Below are positions 1 to 11,000 of a DNA stretch of 64,000 nt, piece by piece. The notes beneath the pieces are model-generated. The model worked only from the letters and a program-made list of their open reading frames with translations, searched no databases and was not told the DNA's origin. Where the stretch lies: positions 360,158,001-360,222,000 of the forward strand of contig OZ024742.1 in the NCBI GenBank assembly GCA_964016885.1, read 5' to 3'. Made by a program: the position numbers and the translations under genes. Source of the stretch: Eledone cirrhosa (taxonomy: Eukaryota). Every line of letters starts with the position of its first letter. Positions within the stretch are counted from its first letter, which is position 1.

Positions 1-63
1 GCAACACAAACAATATAACTTTGGATTATCATCTCAGATGCTGCCTTTACACACCAACCAGAT

Positions 64-124
64 TTCTCTTCCTCCTCCTCTCTCTCTTCTTCTTCTTCTT
101 CTTCTTGTTCTTCTTCTTCTTCTT
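64..124. repeat. Pyrimidine-rich compound microsatellite (CCT/CT, then (TCT)n from ~85); reads (GAA)n on the minus strand, probably the tail of the adjacent LINE fragment
   Basis: Directly visible cctcctcctc tctctc ttcttcttc... run with one ttg interruption. Confidence 0.95.
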
Positions 125-332
125 GGGGCAGGGTTCTCAAACACTCTTTCCAACGGGTCCTGTCAGAAGCAACCGTCTCCAAATGACCCGGCTGGATCCC
201 CAAGCGAGACCAGCTAAGTTCATGGATGTTATCCGACCATCTTGCTCGGGATCCACCCTTAGGTTTCCTACCGATAGGTTTTGCTCGTAAAATCTGCCCA
301 GCGATTCTTTCCTGAAACATTCTAATCACATG
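85..332 (-). mobile_element. 5'-truncated RTE-clade non-LTR retrotransposon 3' end (Rex3/Expander-like ORF C-terminus plus (GAA)n tail)
   Basis: Manual translation of minus strand 332->123 gives HVIRMFQERIAGQILRAKPIGRKPKGGSRARWSDNIHELSWSRLGIQPGHLETVASDRTRWKECLRTLPQ. This matches the RTE-clade C-terminal pattern (G)HVxRM...R...GxRPRGRPRxRWxD...W.RLG......A.DR..W...L. It runs directly into (GAA)n. An in-frame TGA lies just upstream at 339-341. The frame has no stop before the window start, which is probably why the ORF track omits it. Confidence 0.8.
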
Positions 333-582
333 AATGTCTCAGAAAAGAACCAAGATGCCGGCATACAAAATATCATTGACCTCATTTACAGGAAATAGTA
401 ACTTAAACTTGTTGTTCATCACTTATGCTAAACCATCTTTTATTCGGAGAAGAGACAGCGACAGAGTCTCGGAGCTTCCCATTTCTAACAATAGGGAAAG
501 GTTAATATAAAAGTGACAGGCACCCATGCGTAGTTGTAGTTTTTTACGGTATAGAACAGACACACACCATGGATTAATGGAT

Positions 583-597
583 ACACATGCACGCACG

Positions 598-683
<86 letters not shown>

Positions 684-770
684 AACACACACAGAAACAC
701 ACACACACGCAAACACACACACGCACATGCACACACGCATACATACACACACACACGCGCGTGCGCGCGA
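583..770. repeat. (CA)n microsatellite with a short (TA)n and a degenerate CA/CG tail
   Basis: Nearly pure CA at ~598-672, then TA, degenerate CA and gcgcgtgcgcgcg. Confidence 0.97.
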
Positions 771-837
771 TCAAAAATAAACCCATAATAAACAAAAAGA
801 GACAAACCTATATTTTAAAAAAAGGCAAACATACTAA

Positions 838-3800
838 CATACATACACAGGTATATATATTGGTAGGTATACATACATACACATGTATATATATTGGTAG
901 GTATACATTCACAGGTATATATATTGGTAGGTATACATACACAGGTATATATATTGGTAGGTATACATACATTCACAGGTATATATATTGGTAGGTATAC
1001 ATTCACAGGTATATATATTGGTAGGTATACATTCACAGGTATATATATTGGTAGGTATACATACATACACAGGTATATATATTGGTAGGTATACATTCAC
1101 AGGTATATATATTGGTAGGTATACATACATACACATGTATATATATTGGTAGGTATACATACACAGGTATATATATTGGTAGGTATACATACACAGGTAT
1201 ATATATTGGTAGGTATACATACACAGGTATATATATTGGTAGGTATACATTCACAGGTATATATATTGGTAGGTATACATACATACACAGGTATATATAT
1301 TGGTAGGTATACATACATTCACAGGTATATATATTGGTAGGTATACATTCACAGGTATATATATTGGTAGGTATACATACATACACAGGTATATATATTG
1401 GTAGGTATACATACATTCACAGGTATATATATTGGTAGGTATTCATACATACACAGGTATATATATTGGTAGGTATACATTCACAGGTATATATATTGGT
1501 AGGTATACATTCACAGGTATATATATTGGTAGGTATACATACATACACAGGTATATATATTGGTAGGTATAGATACATTCACAGGTATATATAATGGTAG
1601 GTATACATACACAGGTATATATATTGGTAGGTATACATACACAGGTATATATATTGGTAGGTATACATACATTCACAGGTATATATATTGGTAGGTATAC
1701 ATTCACAGGTATATATATTGGTAGGTATACATACATACACAGGTATATATATTGGTAGGTATACATACATTCACAGGTATATATATTGGTAGGTATACAT
1801 TCACAGGTATATATATTGGTAGGTATACATTCACAGGTATATATATTGGTAGGTATACATACACAGGTATATATATTGGTAGGTATACATACACAGGTAT
1901 ATATATTGGTAGGTATACATACACAGGTATATATATTGGTAGGTATACATACACAGGTATATATATTGGTAGGTATACATTCACAGGTATATATATTGGT
2001 AGGTATACATACACAGGTATATATATTGGTAGGTATACATACACAGGTATATATATTGGTAGGTATACATACACAGGTATATATATTGGTAGGTATACAT
2101 TCACAGGTATATATATTGGTAGGTATACATACACAGGTATATATATTGGTAGGTATACATTCACAGGTATATATATTAGTAGGTATACATACATTCACAG
2201 GTATATATATTGGTAGGTATACATTCACAGGTATATATATTGGTAGGTATACATTCACAGGTATATATATTGGTAGGTATACATACATACACAGGTATAT
2301 ATATTGGTAGGTATACATTCACAGGTATATATATTGGTAGGTATACATACACAGGTATATATATTGGTAGGTATAGATACATACACAGGTATATATATTG
2401 GTAGGTATACATTCACAGGTATATATATTGGTAGGTATACATTCACAGGTATATATATTGGTAGGTATAGATACATTCACAGGTATATATATTGGTAGGT
2501 ATACATTCACAGGTATATATATTGGTATAGATACATACACAGGTATATATATTGGTAGGTATACATACATTCACAGGTATATATATTGGTAGGTATACAT
2601 TCACAGGTATATATATTGGTATAGATACATACACAGGTATATATATTGGTAGGTATAGATACATACACAGGTATATATATTGGTAGGTATACATACACAG
2701 GTATATATATTGGTAGGTATACATACACAGGTATATATATTGGTAGGTATACATTCACAGGTATATATATTGGTAGGTATACATACACAGGTATATATAT
2801 TGGTAGGTATACATACACAGGTATATATATTGGTAGGTATACATACACAGGTATATATATTGGTAGGTATACATTCACAGGTATATATATTGGTAGGTAT
2901 ACATTCACAGGTATATATATTGGTAGGTATACATACATTCACAGGTATATATATTGGTAGGTATACATTCACAGGTATATATATTGGTATAGATACATAC
3001 ACAGGTATATATATTGGTAGGTATAGATACATACACAGGTATATATATTGGTAGGTATACATACATACACAGGTATATATATTGGTAGGTATACATTCAC
3101 AGGTATATATATTGGTAGGTATACATACATACACAGGTATATATATTGGTAGGTATACATACACAGGTATATATATTGGTAGGTATACATACACAGGTAT
3201 ATATATTGGTAGGTATACATACATTCACAGGTATATATATTGGTAGGTATACATTCACAGGTATATATATTGGTAGGTATACATTCACAGGTATATATAT
3301 TGGTAGGTATACATACATACACAGGTATATATATTGGTAGGTATAGATACATTCACAGGTATATATATTGGTAGGTATACATTCACAGGTATATATATTG
3401 GTAGGTATACATTCACAGGTATATATATTGGTAGGTATACATACACAGGTATATATATTGGTAGGTATACATACACAGGTATATATATTGGTAGGTATAC
3501 ATTCAGAGGTATATATATTGGTAGGTATACATTCACAGGTATATATATTGGTAGGTATACATACACAGGTATATATATTGGTAGGTATACATACACAGGT
3601 ATATATATTGGTAGGTATACATACATTCACAGGTATATATATTGGTAGGTATACATTCACAGGTATATATATTGGTAGGTATACATTCACAGGTATATAT
3701 ATTGGTAGGTATACATACATACACAGGTATATATATTGGTAGGTATACATTCACAGGTATATATATTGGTAGGTATACATACACAGGTATATATATTGGT

Positions 3801-3849
3801 AGGTATACATACATACACAGGTATATATATTGGTAGGTATTCATACATA
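838..3849. repeat. 30/34-bp minisatellite, consensus CACAGGTATATATATTGGTAGGTATA(CATA)CATW, roughly 95-100 copies
   Basis: Exact 30-bp periodicity is visible (e.g. 1801-2160). 34-bp units carry an extra CATA or GATA. There is an A/T dimorphism (CATACAC vs CATTCAC) and a rare TTGGTATAGATA variant at 2521, 2615 and 2983. Confidence 0.98.
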
Positions 3850-3919
3850 AAAACATATTTTATCTACCCACCCGTTTTCCATCCACTACTGGATGAAGCC
3901 TCAGCAATTGTGCATATGT

Positions 3920-4012
3920 ATCTCTCTCTTTCCTTCTCTCTCTCCTCTCTCTCTCTTTCTCTCTCTCTCTCTCCTTCCACCTTCCCTTTCCTTCTCTTAT
4001 TCACTCTCTTTC
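3920..4012. repeat. CT-rich polypyrimidine tract / degenerate (CT)n
   Basis: Directly visible. Confidence 0.9.
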
Positions 4013-4029
4013 ATTCTGCCCATTCCCTC

Positions 4030-4101
<72 letters not shown>

Positions 4102-4106
4102 TATGC

Positions 4107-4145
<39 letters not shown>

Positions 4146-4149
4146 GATA

Positions 4150-4244
<95 letters not shown>

Positions 4245-4265
4245 GTATGCATGTATATATATATA
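4030..4265. repeat. Compound (TA)n-(TG)n microsatellite; the TA part is interrupted twice by GATATGC
   Basis: TA at 4030-4191, TG at 4192-4242, short TA at 4254-4265. Confidence 0.97.
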
Positions 4266-4722
4266 CATGCATACTGGTAACATGTGTCCCAGTACAACCT
4301 GTCTCATGGTCGGGTCGTTGGCGACTAAACTGGCAACCCCACCAAGGTTTCTTGGTGAGGAGGGTGACTTTGGACATCCTGCAGGACTAAAAACAAAACC
4401 TGTCAAAGGGCAAAGGAGCTCTTAAGAGTCAATGGCCATCCAAAATCACGGGGAGATATGACCCCTTAGCCTTTGTCAAGGCAGAATTCTAGGAGAAGGA
4501 AAACTCTGATATAACACCTGCAACCCTGATGGTATCCAATGATGTTGACTTGTTATTCTTTTTGGTAAATATCATTTTTGTTAAGAGAGTGGGACTGGCC
4601 TTGTGCAGTGCCTTTGCTCACTATAAAAGCTTCACGGCACAGGCATTGCTTTATATCTGGAGATCTCTCTGCACTTGTCGTCACATGGTACCATGGGCCC
4701 AGCACTATGTGTCAATAATTGT

Positions 4723-4800
4723 CACAAGTGTAGTGTTTATAGCAGAGTTTTCAAGTCGCTAGCTGGACTAAATAGTCACACTCGTTCAGCGCATCGGTAA
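4723..4800 (+). pseudogene. Degenerate C2H2-like zinc-finger remnant typical of the extreme C-terminus of some RTE ORFs
   Basis: The frame from 4723 reads [25 protein letters not shown], i.e. C-x2-[C>Y]-x3-F-x5-L-x2-H-x4-H. The second Cys is TAT, one transition from TGT. The frame is closed upstream by TAA at 4624-4626. Confidence 0.6.
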
Positions 4801-4826
4801 GGGTTCTCCTACATGGATATAAAGTA

Positions 4827-4857
4827 GTGGCCGTACTCGAAAACGAGTTGGCAGCCA

Positions 4858-4858
<1 letters not shown>
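4827..4858 (+). other. 3'-terminal stem-loop of the RTE-derived element
   Basis: ACTCG-AAAA-CGAGT (4835-4848), extendable by GCC/GGC or GTGGC/GCCAC, immediately before the (TA)n tail. Confidence 0.55.
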
Positions 4859-4859
<1 letters not shown>

Positions 4860-4931
<72 letters not shown>

Positions 4932-5010
4932 AGAATAATAGATAGAGAGATAAATAGATATATGTGCGCGCGCGGGTATGTGTGCGTATGTGTGTGAGAG
5001 AGAGTGGGAG
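4860..5010. repeat. Perfect (TA)n (4860-4929) followed by GATA/GA/TG low-complexity sequence
   Basis: Directly visible. Confidence 0.95.
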
Positions 5011-8000
5011 CGGAGTATATATAATTAATTATAATTCTTGACAGATGATAAAACTGACAGTAATCACATTTCAGGCTGTCAAAGTCTTTCCATGCCAGAC
5101 TGTCAATCTCTACTGCTGTTTCACGTTATAACATCTTGTAATCAACACCAGTGTCAATGTTGTCTATATAGTGGTGAAACAGCTAGTCACCTATACACAG
5201 TATCTCTCTTCTATAACACACCATCAACGTCTATATAGTGGTGAAACAACCAGTCACCTATACACAGTATCTCTCTTCTATAATACCCCATCAACGTCTA
5301 TATAGTGGTGACACATCCAGTCACCTATACACAGTATCTCTCTTCTATAATACGCCATCAACGTCTATATAGTGGTGACACAACCAGTCACCCATACAGG
5401 GTATCTCTCTTCTATAACACCCCATCAACGTCTATATAGTAATGAAACAGCCAGTCACCCATACACAGTATCTCTCTTCTATAACACCCCATCAACGTCT
5501 ATATAGTGGTGAAACAGCCAGTCACCCATACACAGTATCTCTCTTCTATGACACCCCATCAACGTCTATATAGTGGTGAAACAGCCAGTCACCCATACAC
5601 AGTATCTCTCTTCTATAATACCTCATCAACGACTATATAGTGGAGACACAGCCACTCACCCATACATAGTATCTCTCTTCTATAATACCCCATCAACGTC
5701 TATATAGTGGTGACACATCCAGTCACCCATACACAGTATCTCACTTCTATAACACCCCATCAACGTATATATAGTGGTGAAACAGCCAGTCACCCATACA
5801 TAGTATCTCTCTTCTATGACACCCCATCAACGTCTATATAGTGGTGAAATAGCCAGTGACCCATACACAGTATCTCTCTTCTATAACACCCCATCAACGT
5901 CTATATAGTGGCGACAGATCCAGTCACCTATACACAGTATCTCTCTTCTATAACACCCTATCAACGTCTATATAGTGGTGAAACAGCCAGTCACCCATAC
6001 ACAGTATCTCTCTTCTATAATACCACATCAACGACTATATAGTGGTGACACAGCCACTCACCCATACACAGTATCTCTCTTCTATATTACCCCATCAACG
6101 TCTATATAATGGTGACGCATCCAGTCACCTATACACAGTATCTCTCTTCTATAACACCCCATCAACGTCTATATAGTGGTGAAACAGCCAGTCACCCATA
6201 CACCATATCTCTGTTCTATAATACCCCCATCAACGTCTATATAGTGGTGACACATCCAGTCACCCATACACAGTATCTCTCTTCTATAACACCACATCAA
6301 CGTCTATATACTGATGAAACAGCTAGTCACCCATACACAGTATCTCTCTTCTATAACACCCCATCAACGTCTATATAGTTGTGACACATCCAGTCACCTA
6401 TACACAGTATGTCTCTTCTATAATACACCATTCACGTCTATATAGTGGTGACACATCCAGTCACCCATACACAGTATCTCTCTTCTATAACACCCCATCA
6501 ACGTCTATATAGTGGCGACACATCCAGTCACCTATACACAGTATCTCTCTTCTATAACACCCCATCAACGTCTATGTAGTGGTGAAACAGCCAGTCACCC
6601 ATACACAGTATCTCTCTTCTATAACACCCCATCAACGTCTATATAGTGGTGACACATCCAGTCACCTATACACAGTATGTCTCTTCTATAATACCCCATT
6701 CACGTCTATATAGTTGTGACACATCCAGTCACCCATACACAGTATCTCTCTTCTAAAACACCCCATCAACGTCTATATAGTGGTGAAACAGCCAGTCACC
6801 CATACACAGTATCTCTCTTCTATAACACCCCATCAACGTCTATATAGTGGTGAAACAGCCAGTCACCCATACACGATATCTCTTGTTTATAACACTCCAT
6901 CAACGTCTATATAGTGGTGAAACAGCCAGTCACCTATACACAGTATCTCTCTTCTATAACACCCCATCAACGTCTATATAGTGGTGAAACAGCCAGTCAC
7001 CCATACACAGTATCTCTCTTCTATAACACCCCATCAACGTCTATATAGTGGTGAAACAGCCAGTCACCCATACACAGTATCTCTCTTCTATAACACCACA
7101 TCAACATCTATATAGTGGTGAAACAGCCAGTCACCCATACATAGTATCTCTCTTCTATAACACCCCATCAACGTCTATATAGTGGTGAAACAGCCAGTCA
7201 CCCATACACAGTATCTCTCTTCTATAACACCCAATCAACATCTATATAGTGGTCACACATCCAGTCACCTATACACAGTATGTCTCCTCTATAATACCCC
7301 ATTCACGTCTATATAGTGGTGACACATCTAGTCACCCATACACAGTATCTCTCTTCTATAACACCCTATCAACGTCTATATAGTGGTCAAACAGCCACTC
7401 ACCCATACACAGTATCTCTCTTCTATAATACCTCATCAACGACTATATAGTGGTGACACAGCCGCTCACCCATACACAGTATCTCTCTTCTATAATACCC
7501 CATCAACGTCTATATAATGGTGACGCATTCCGTCACATATACACAGTATCTCTCTTCTATAACGCCCCATAAACGTCTATATAGTGGTGAAACAGCCAGT
7601 CACCCATACACAGTATCTCTCTTCTATAACACCCCATCAACGTCTATATAGTGGCGACACATCCAGTCACCTATACACAGTATCTCTCTTCTATAACACC
7701 CCATCAACGTCTATAAAGTGGTGAAATATCCAGTCACCCATACACAGTATCTCTCTTCTATAACACCCCATCAACGTCTATATAGTGGTAACACATCCAG
7801 TCACCTATACGCAGTATCTCTCTTCTATAACACCCCATCAACGTCTATAAAGTGGTGAAATATCCAGTCACCCATACACAGTATCTCTCTTCTATAACAC
7901 CCCATCAACGTCTATATAGTGGTGAAACAGCCAGTCACCCAAACACAGTATCTCTCTTCTATAACACCATATCAACGTCTATATAGTTGTGAAACAGCCA

Positions 8001-11000
8001 GTCACCTATACACAGTATCTCTCTTCTATAACACCCCATCAACGTCTATATAGTGGTGAAACAGCCAGTCAGCCATACACAGTATCTCTCTTCTATTATA
8101 CCCCATCAACGTCTATATAATGGTGACGCATCCAGTCACCTATACACAGTATCTCTCTTCTATAACACCCCATCAACGTCTATATATTGGTGAAACAGCC
8201 AGTCACCCATACACAGTATCTCTCTTCTATAACACCCCATCAACGTCTATATAGTGGTGAAACAACCAGTCACCCATACACCATATCTCTCTTCTATAAT
8301 ACCCCATCAACGTCTATATAGTGGTGACACATCCAGTCACCTATACACCATATCTCTCTTCTATAACACCCCATTGACGTCTATATAGTGGTGAAACAGC
8401 CAGTCACCCATACACAGTATCTCTCTTCTATAATACTCCATCAACGTCTATATAGTGGTGAAACAGCCAGTTACCCATACACAGTATCTCTCTTCTATAA
8501 CACTCCATCAACGTCTATATAGTGGTGACACATCATGTCACCTATACACAGTATCTCTCTTCTATAACACCCCATCAACGTCTATATAGTGGTGAAATAT
8601 CCAGTCACCCATACACTGTATCTCTCTTCTATAACACCCCATCAACGTCTATATATTGGTGACACATCCAGTCACCCATACACAGTATCTCTCTTCTATA
8701 ACACCCCATCAACGTCTATATACTGATGAAACAGCCAGTCACCCATACACAGTATCTCTCTTCTATAACACACCATCAACGTCTATATAGTGGCGACACA
8801 TCCAGTCACCTATACACAGTATCTCTCTTCCATAACACCCCATCAACGTCTATATAGTGGTGAAACAGCCAGTCACCCATACACAGTATCTCTCTTCTAT
8901 AACACCCCATCAACATCTATATAGTGGCGAAACAGCCAGTCACCCATACACAGTATCTCTCTTCTATAACACCCCATCAACGTCTATATAATGGTGAAAC
9001 AGCCAGTCACCTATACACAGTATCTCTCTTCTATTATACCCCATCAACGTCTATATAATGGTGACGCATCAGGTCACCTATACACAGTATCTCTCTTCTA
9101 TAACACCCCATCAACGTCTATATATTGGTGAAACAGCCAGTCACCCATACACAGTATCTCTCTTCTATAACACCCCATCAACGTCTATATAGTGGTGAAA
9201 CAACCAGTCACCCATACACCATATCTCTCTTCTATAACACCCCATTGACGTCTATATAGCGGTGAAACAGCCAGTCATCCATACACAGTATCTCTCTTCT
9301 ATAATACCCCATCAACGTCTATATAGTGGTGAAACAGACAGTCACCCATACACAGTATCTCTCTTCTATTACACCCCATCAACGTCTATATAGTGGTGAC
9401 GCATCCAGTCACCCATACACAGTATCTCTCTTCTATAACACCCCATCAACGTCTATATAGTGGTGAAGCATCCAGTCACCCATACACATTATCTCTCTTC
9501 TATAACACCCAATCAACGTCTATATAGTGGTCACACATCCAGTCACCTATACACAGTATCTCTCTTCTATAACATCCCATCAACGTCTATATAGTGGTTA
9601 AACAGCCAGTCACCCATACACATTATCTCTCTTCTATAACACCCCATCAACGTTTATGTAGTGGTGAAACAACCAGTCACCCATACACCATATCTCTCTT
9701 CTATAATACCCTATCAACGTCTATATAGTGGTGACACATCCAGTCACCTATACACAGTATCTCTCTTCTATAACACCCCATTGACGTCTATATAGTGGTG
9801 AAACAGCCAGTCACCCATTCACAGTATCTCTGTTCTATAACACCCATCAACGTCTATATACTGGTGTCACATCAAGTCACCTATACACAGTATCTCTCTT
9901 CTATAACACCCCATCAACGTCTATATAGTGGTGAAAGATCCAGTCACCCATACACAGTATCTCTCTTCTATAACACCCCATCAACGTCTATAAAGTGGTG
10001 AAACATCCAGTCACCCATACACAGTATCTCTCTTCTATAACGCACCATCAACGTCTATATAGTGGTGACACATCCTGTCACCTATACACAGTATCTCTCT
10101 TCTATAACACCCCATCAACGTCTATATAGTGTTGAAACAGCCAGTCACCCAAACACAGTATCTCTCTTCTATAACACACCATCAACGTCTATATAGTGGT
10201 GAAACAACCAGTCACCCATACACCATACCTCTCTTCTATAATACCCCATCAACGTCTATATAGTGGTGACACATCCAGTCAGCTATACACAGTATCTCTC
10301 TTCTATAACACCCCATTGACGTCTATATAGCGGTGAAACAGCCAGTCACCCATACATAGTATCTCTCTTCTATAACACCCCATCAACGTCTATATAGTGT
10401 TGAAACAGACAGTCACCCATACACAGTATCTCTCTTTTATAACACCCCATCAACGTCTATATAGTGGTGAAACAGCCAGTCACCTATACACAGTATCTCT
10501 CATCTATAACACCCCATCAACGTCTATATAGAGGTGACACATCCAGTCACCTATACACAGTATATATCTTCTATAACACCCCATCAACGTCAATATAATG
10601 GTGACGCATCCAGTCACCCATACACAGTATCTCTCTTCTATAACACCCCATCAACGTCTATATAGTGGTGAAACAGCCAGTCACCCATACACAGTATCTC
10701 TCTTCTATACTACCTCATCAACGACTATATAGTGGTGACACAGCCACTCACCCATACACAGTATCTCTCTTCTATAACACCCCATCAACGTCTATATAAT
10801 GGTGACGCATCCAGTCACCTATACACAGTATCTCTCTTCTATAACACCCCATCAACGTCTATATAGTGGTGAAACAGCCAGTCACCCATTCACAGTATCT
10901 CCCTTCTATAACACCCCATCAACGTCTATATAGTGGTGACACATCCAGTCGCCTATACATAGTATCATTCTTCTATAACACCCTATCAACGTCTATATAG

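Larger units (their letters stand above)
4270..4929 (+). mobile_element. Probable non-autonomous, internally deleted RTE-clade LINE derivative (5' leader joined to the 3' end, with (TA)n tail)
   Basis: The 5' part is hairpin-dense and contains CTAGGAGAAGGAAAACTCTGA (4489-4509), which I recall from RTE 5' UTRs but could not verify by search. The 3' part has a WRSLC motif, a C2H2-like terminal peptide ending at TAA 4800, a short 3' UTR with a stem-loop, and (TA)n. No RT or endonuclease domain is present. No TSD can be resolved because both flanks are TA repeats. Confidence 0.6.

Noticed and set aside
21-290. 89-aa plus-strand ORF with poly-Phe
   Set aside because: It is the antisense shadow of the RTE fragment and the TTC repeat.
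3865-3905. TCCACTACTGGATGAAGCCTC, vaguely like a reversed LINE 3' UTR
   Set aside because: Too short to support without a database search.
4280-4370. Twister or pistol ribozyme (GAGGAGGGT; GTCG-loop-CGAC-TAAAC)
   Set aside because: The partner elements (twister GGTCCCAAGCCC loop, pistol pseudoknot strand) are absent. Kept only as a generic structured leader.
423-4425. Low-complexity ORFs (CV, HT, YI, VGIHTQVYIL and similar repeats)
   Set aside because: These are translations of micro- and minisatellites, open on both strands in several frames, with no domain signal.
5020-5033. Perfect 14-bp palindrome TATAATTAATTATA
   Set aside because: It is AT-only and lies in a TA-rich low-complexity context, so it is expected by chance.
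6311-6335. Hammerhead-like words CTGATGA / GAAAC / GTC in the recurrent CTGATGAAACAGC(C/T)AGTC variant
   Set aside because: CTGATGA and GAAA overlap, so there is no stem II. The bases flanking the core (A and A) cannot close stem I, and using the next monomer's GAAA gives no credible stem II. It is a two-substitution variant of GTGGTGAAAC.
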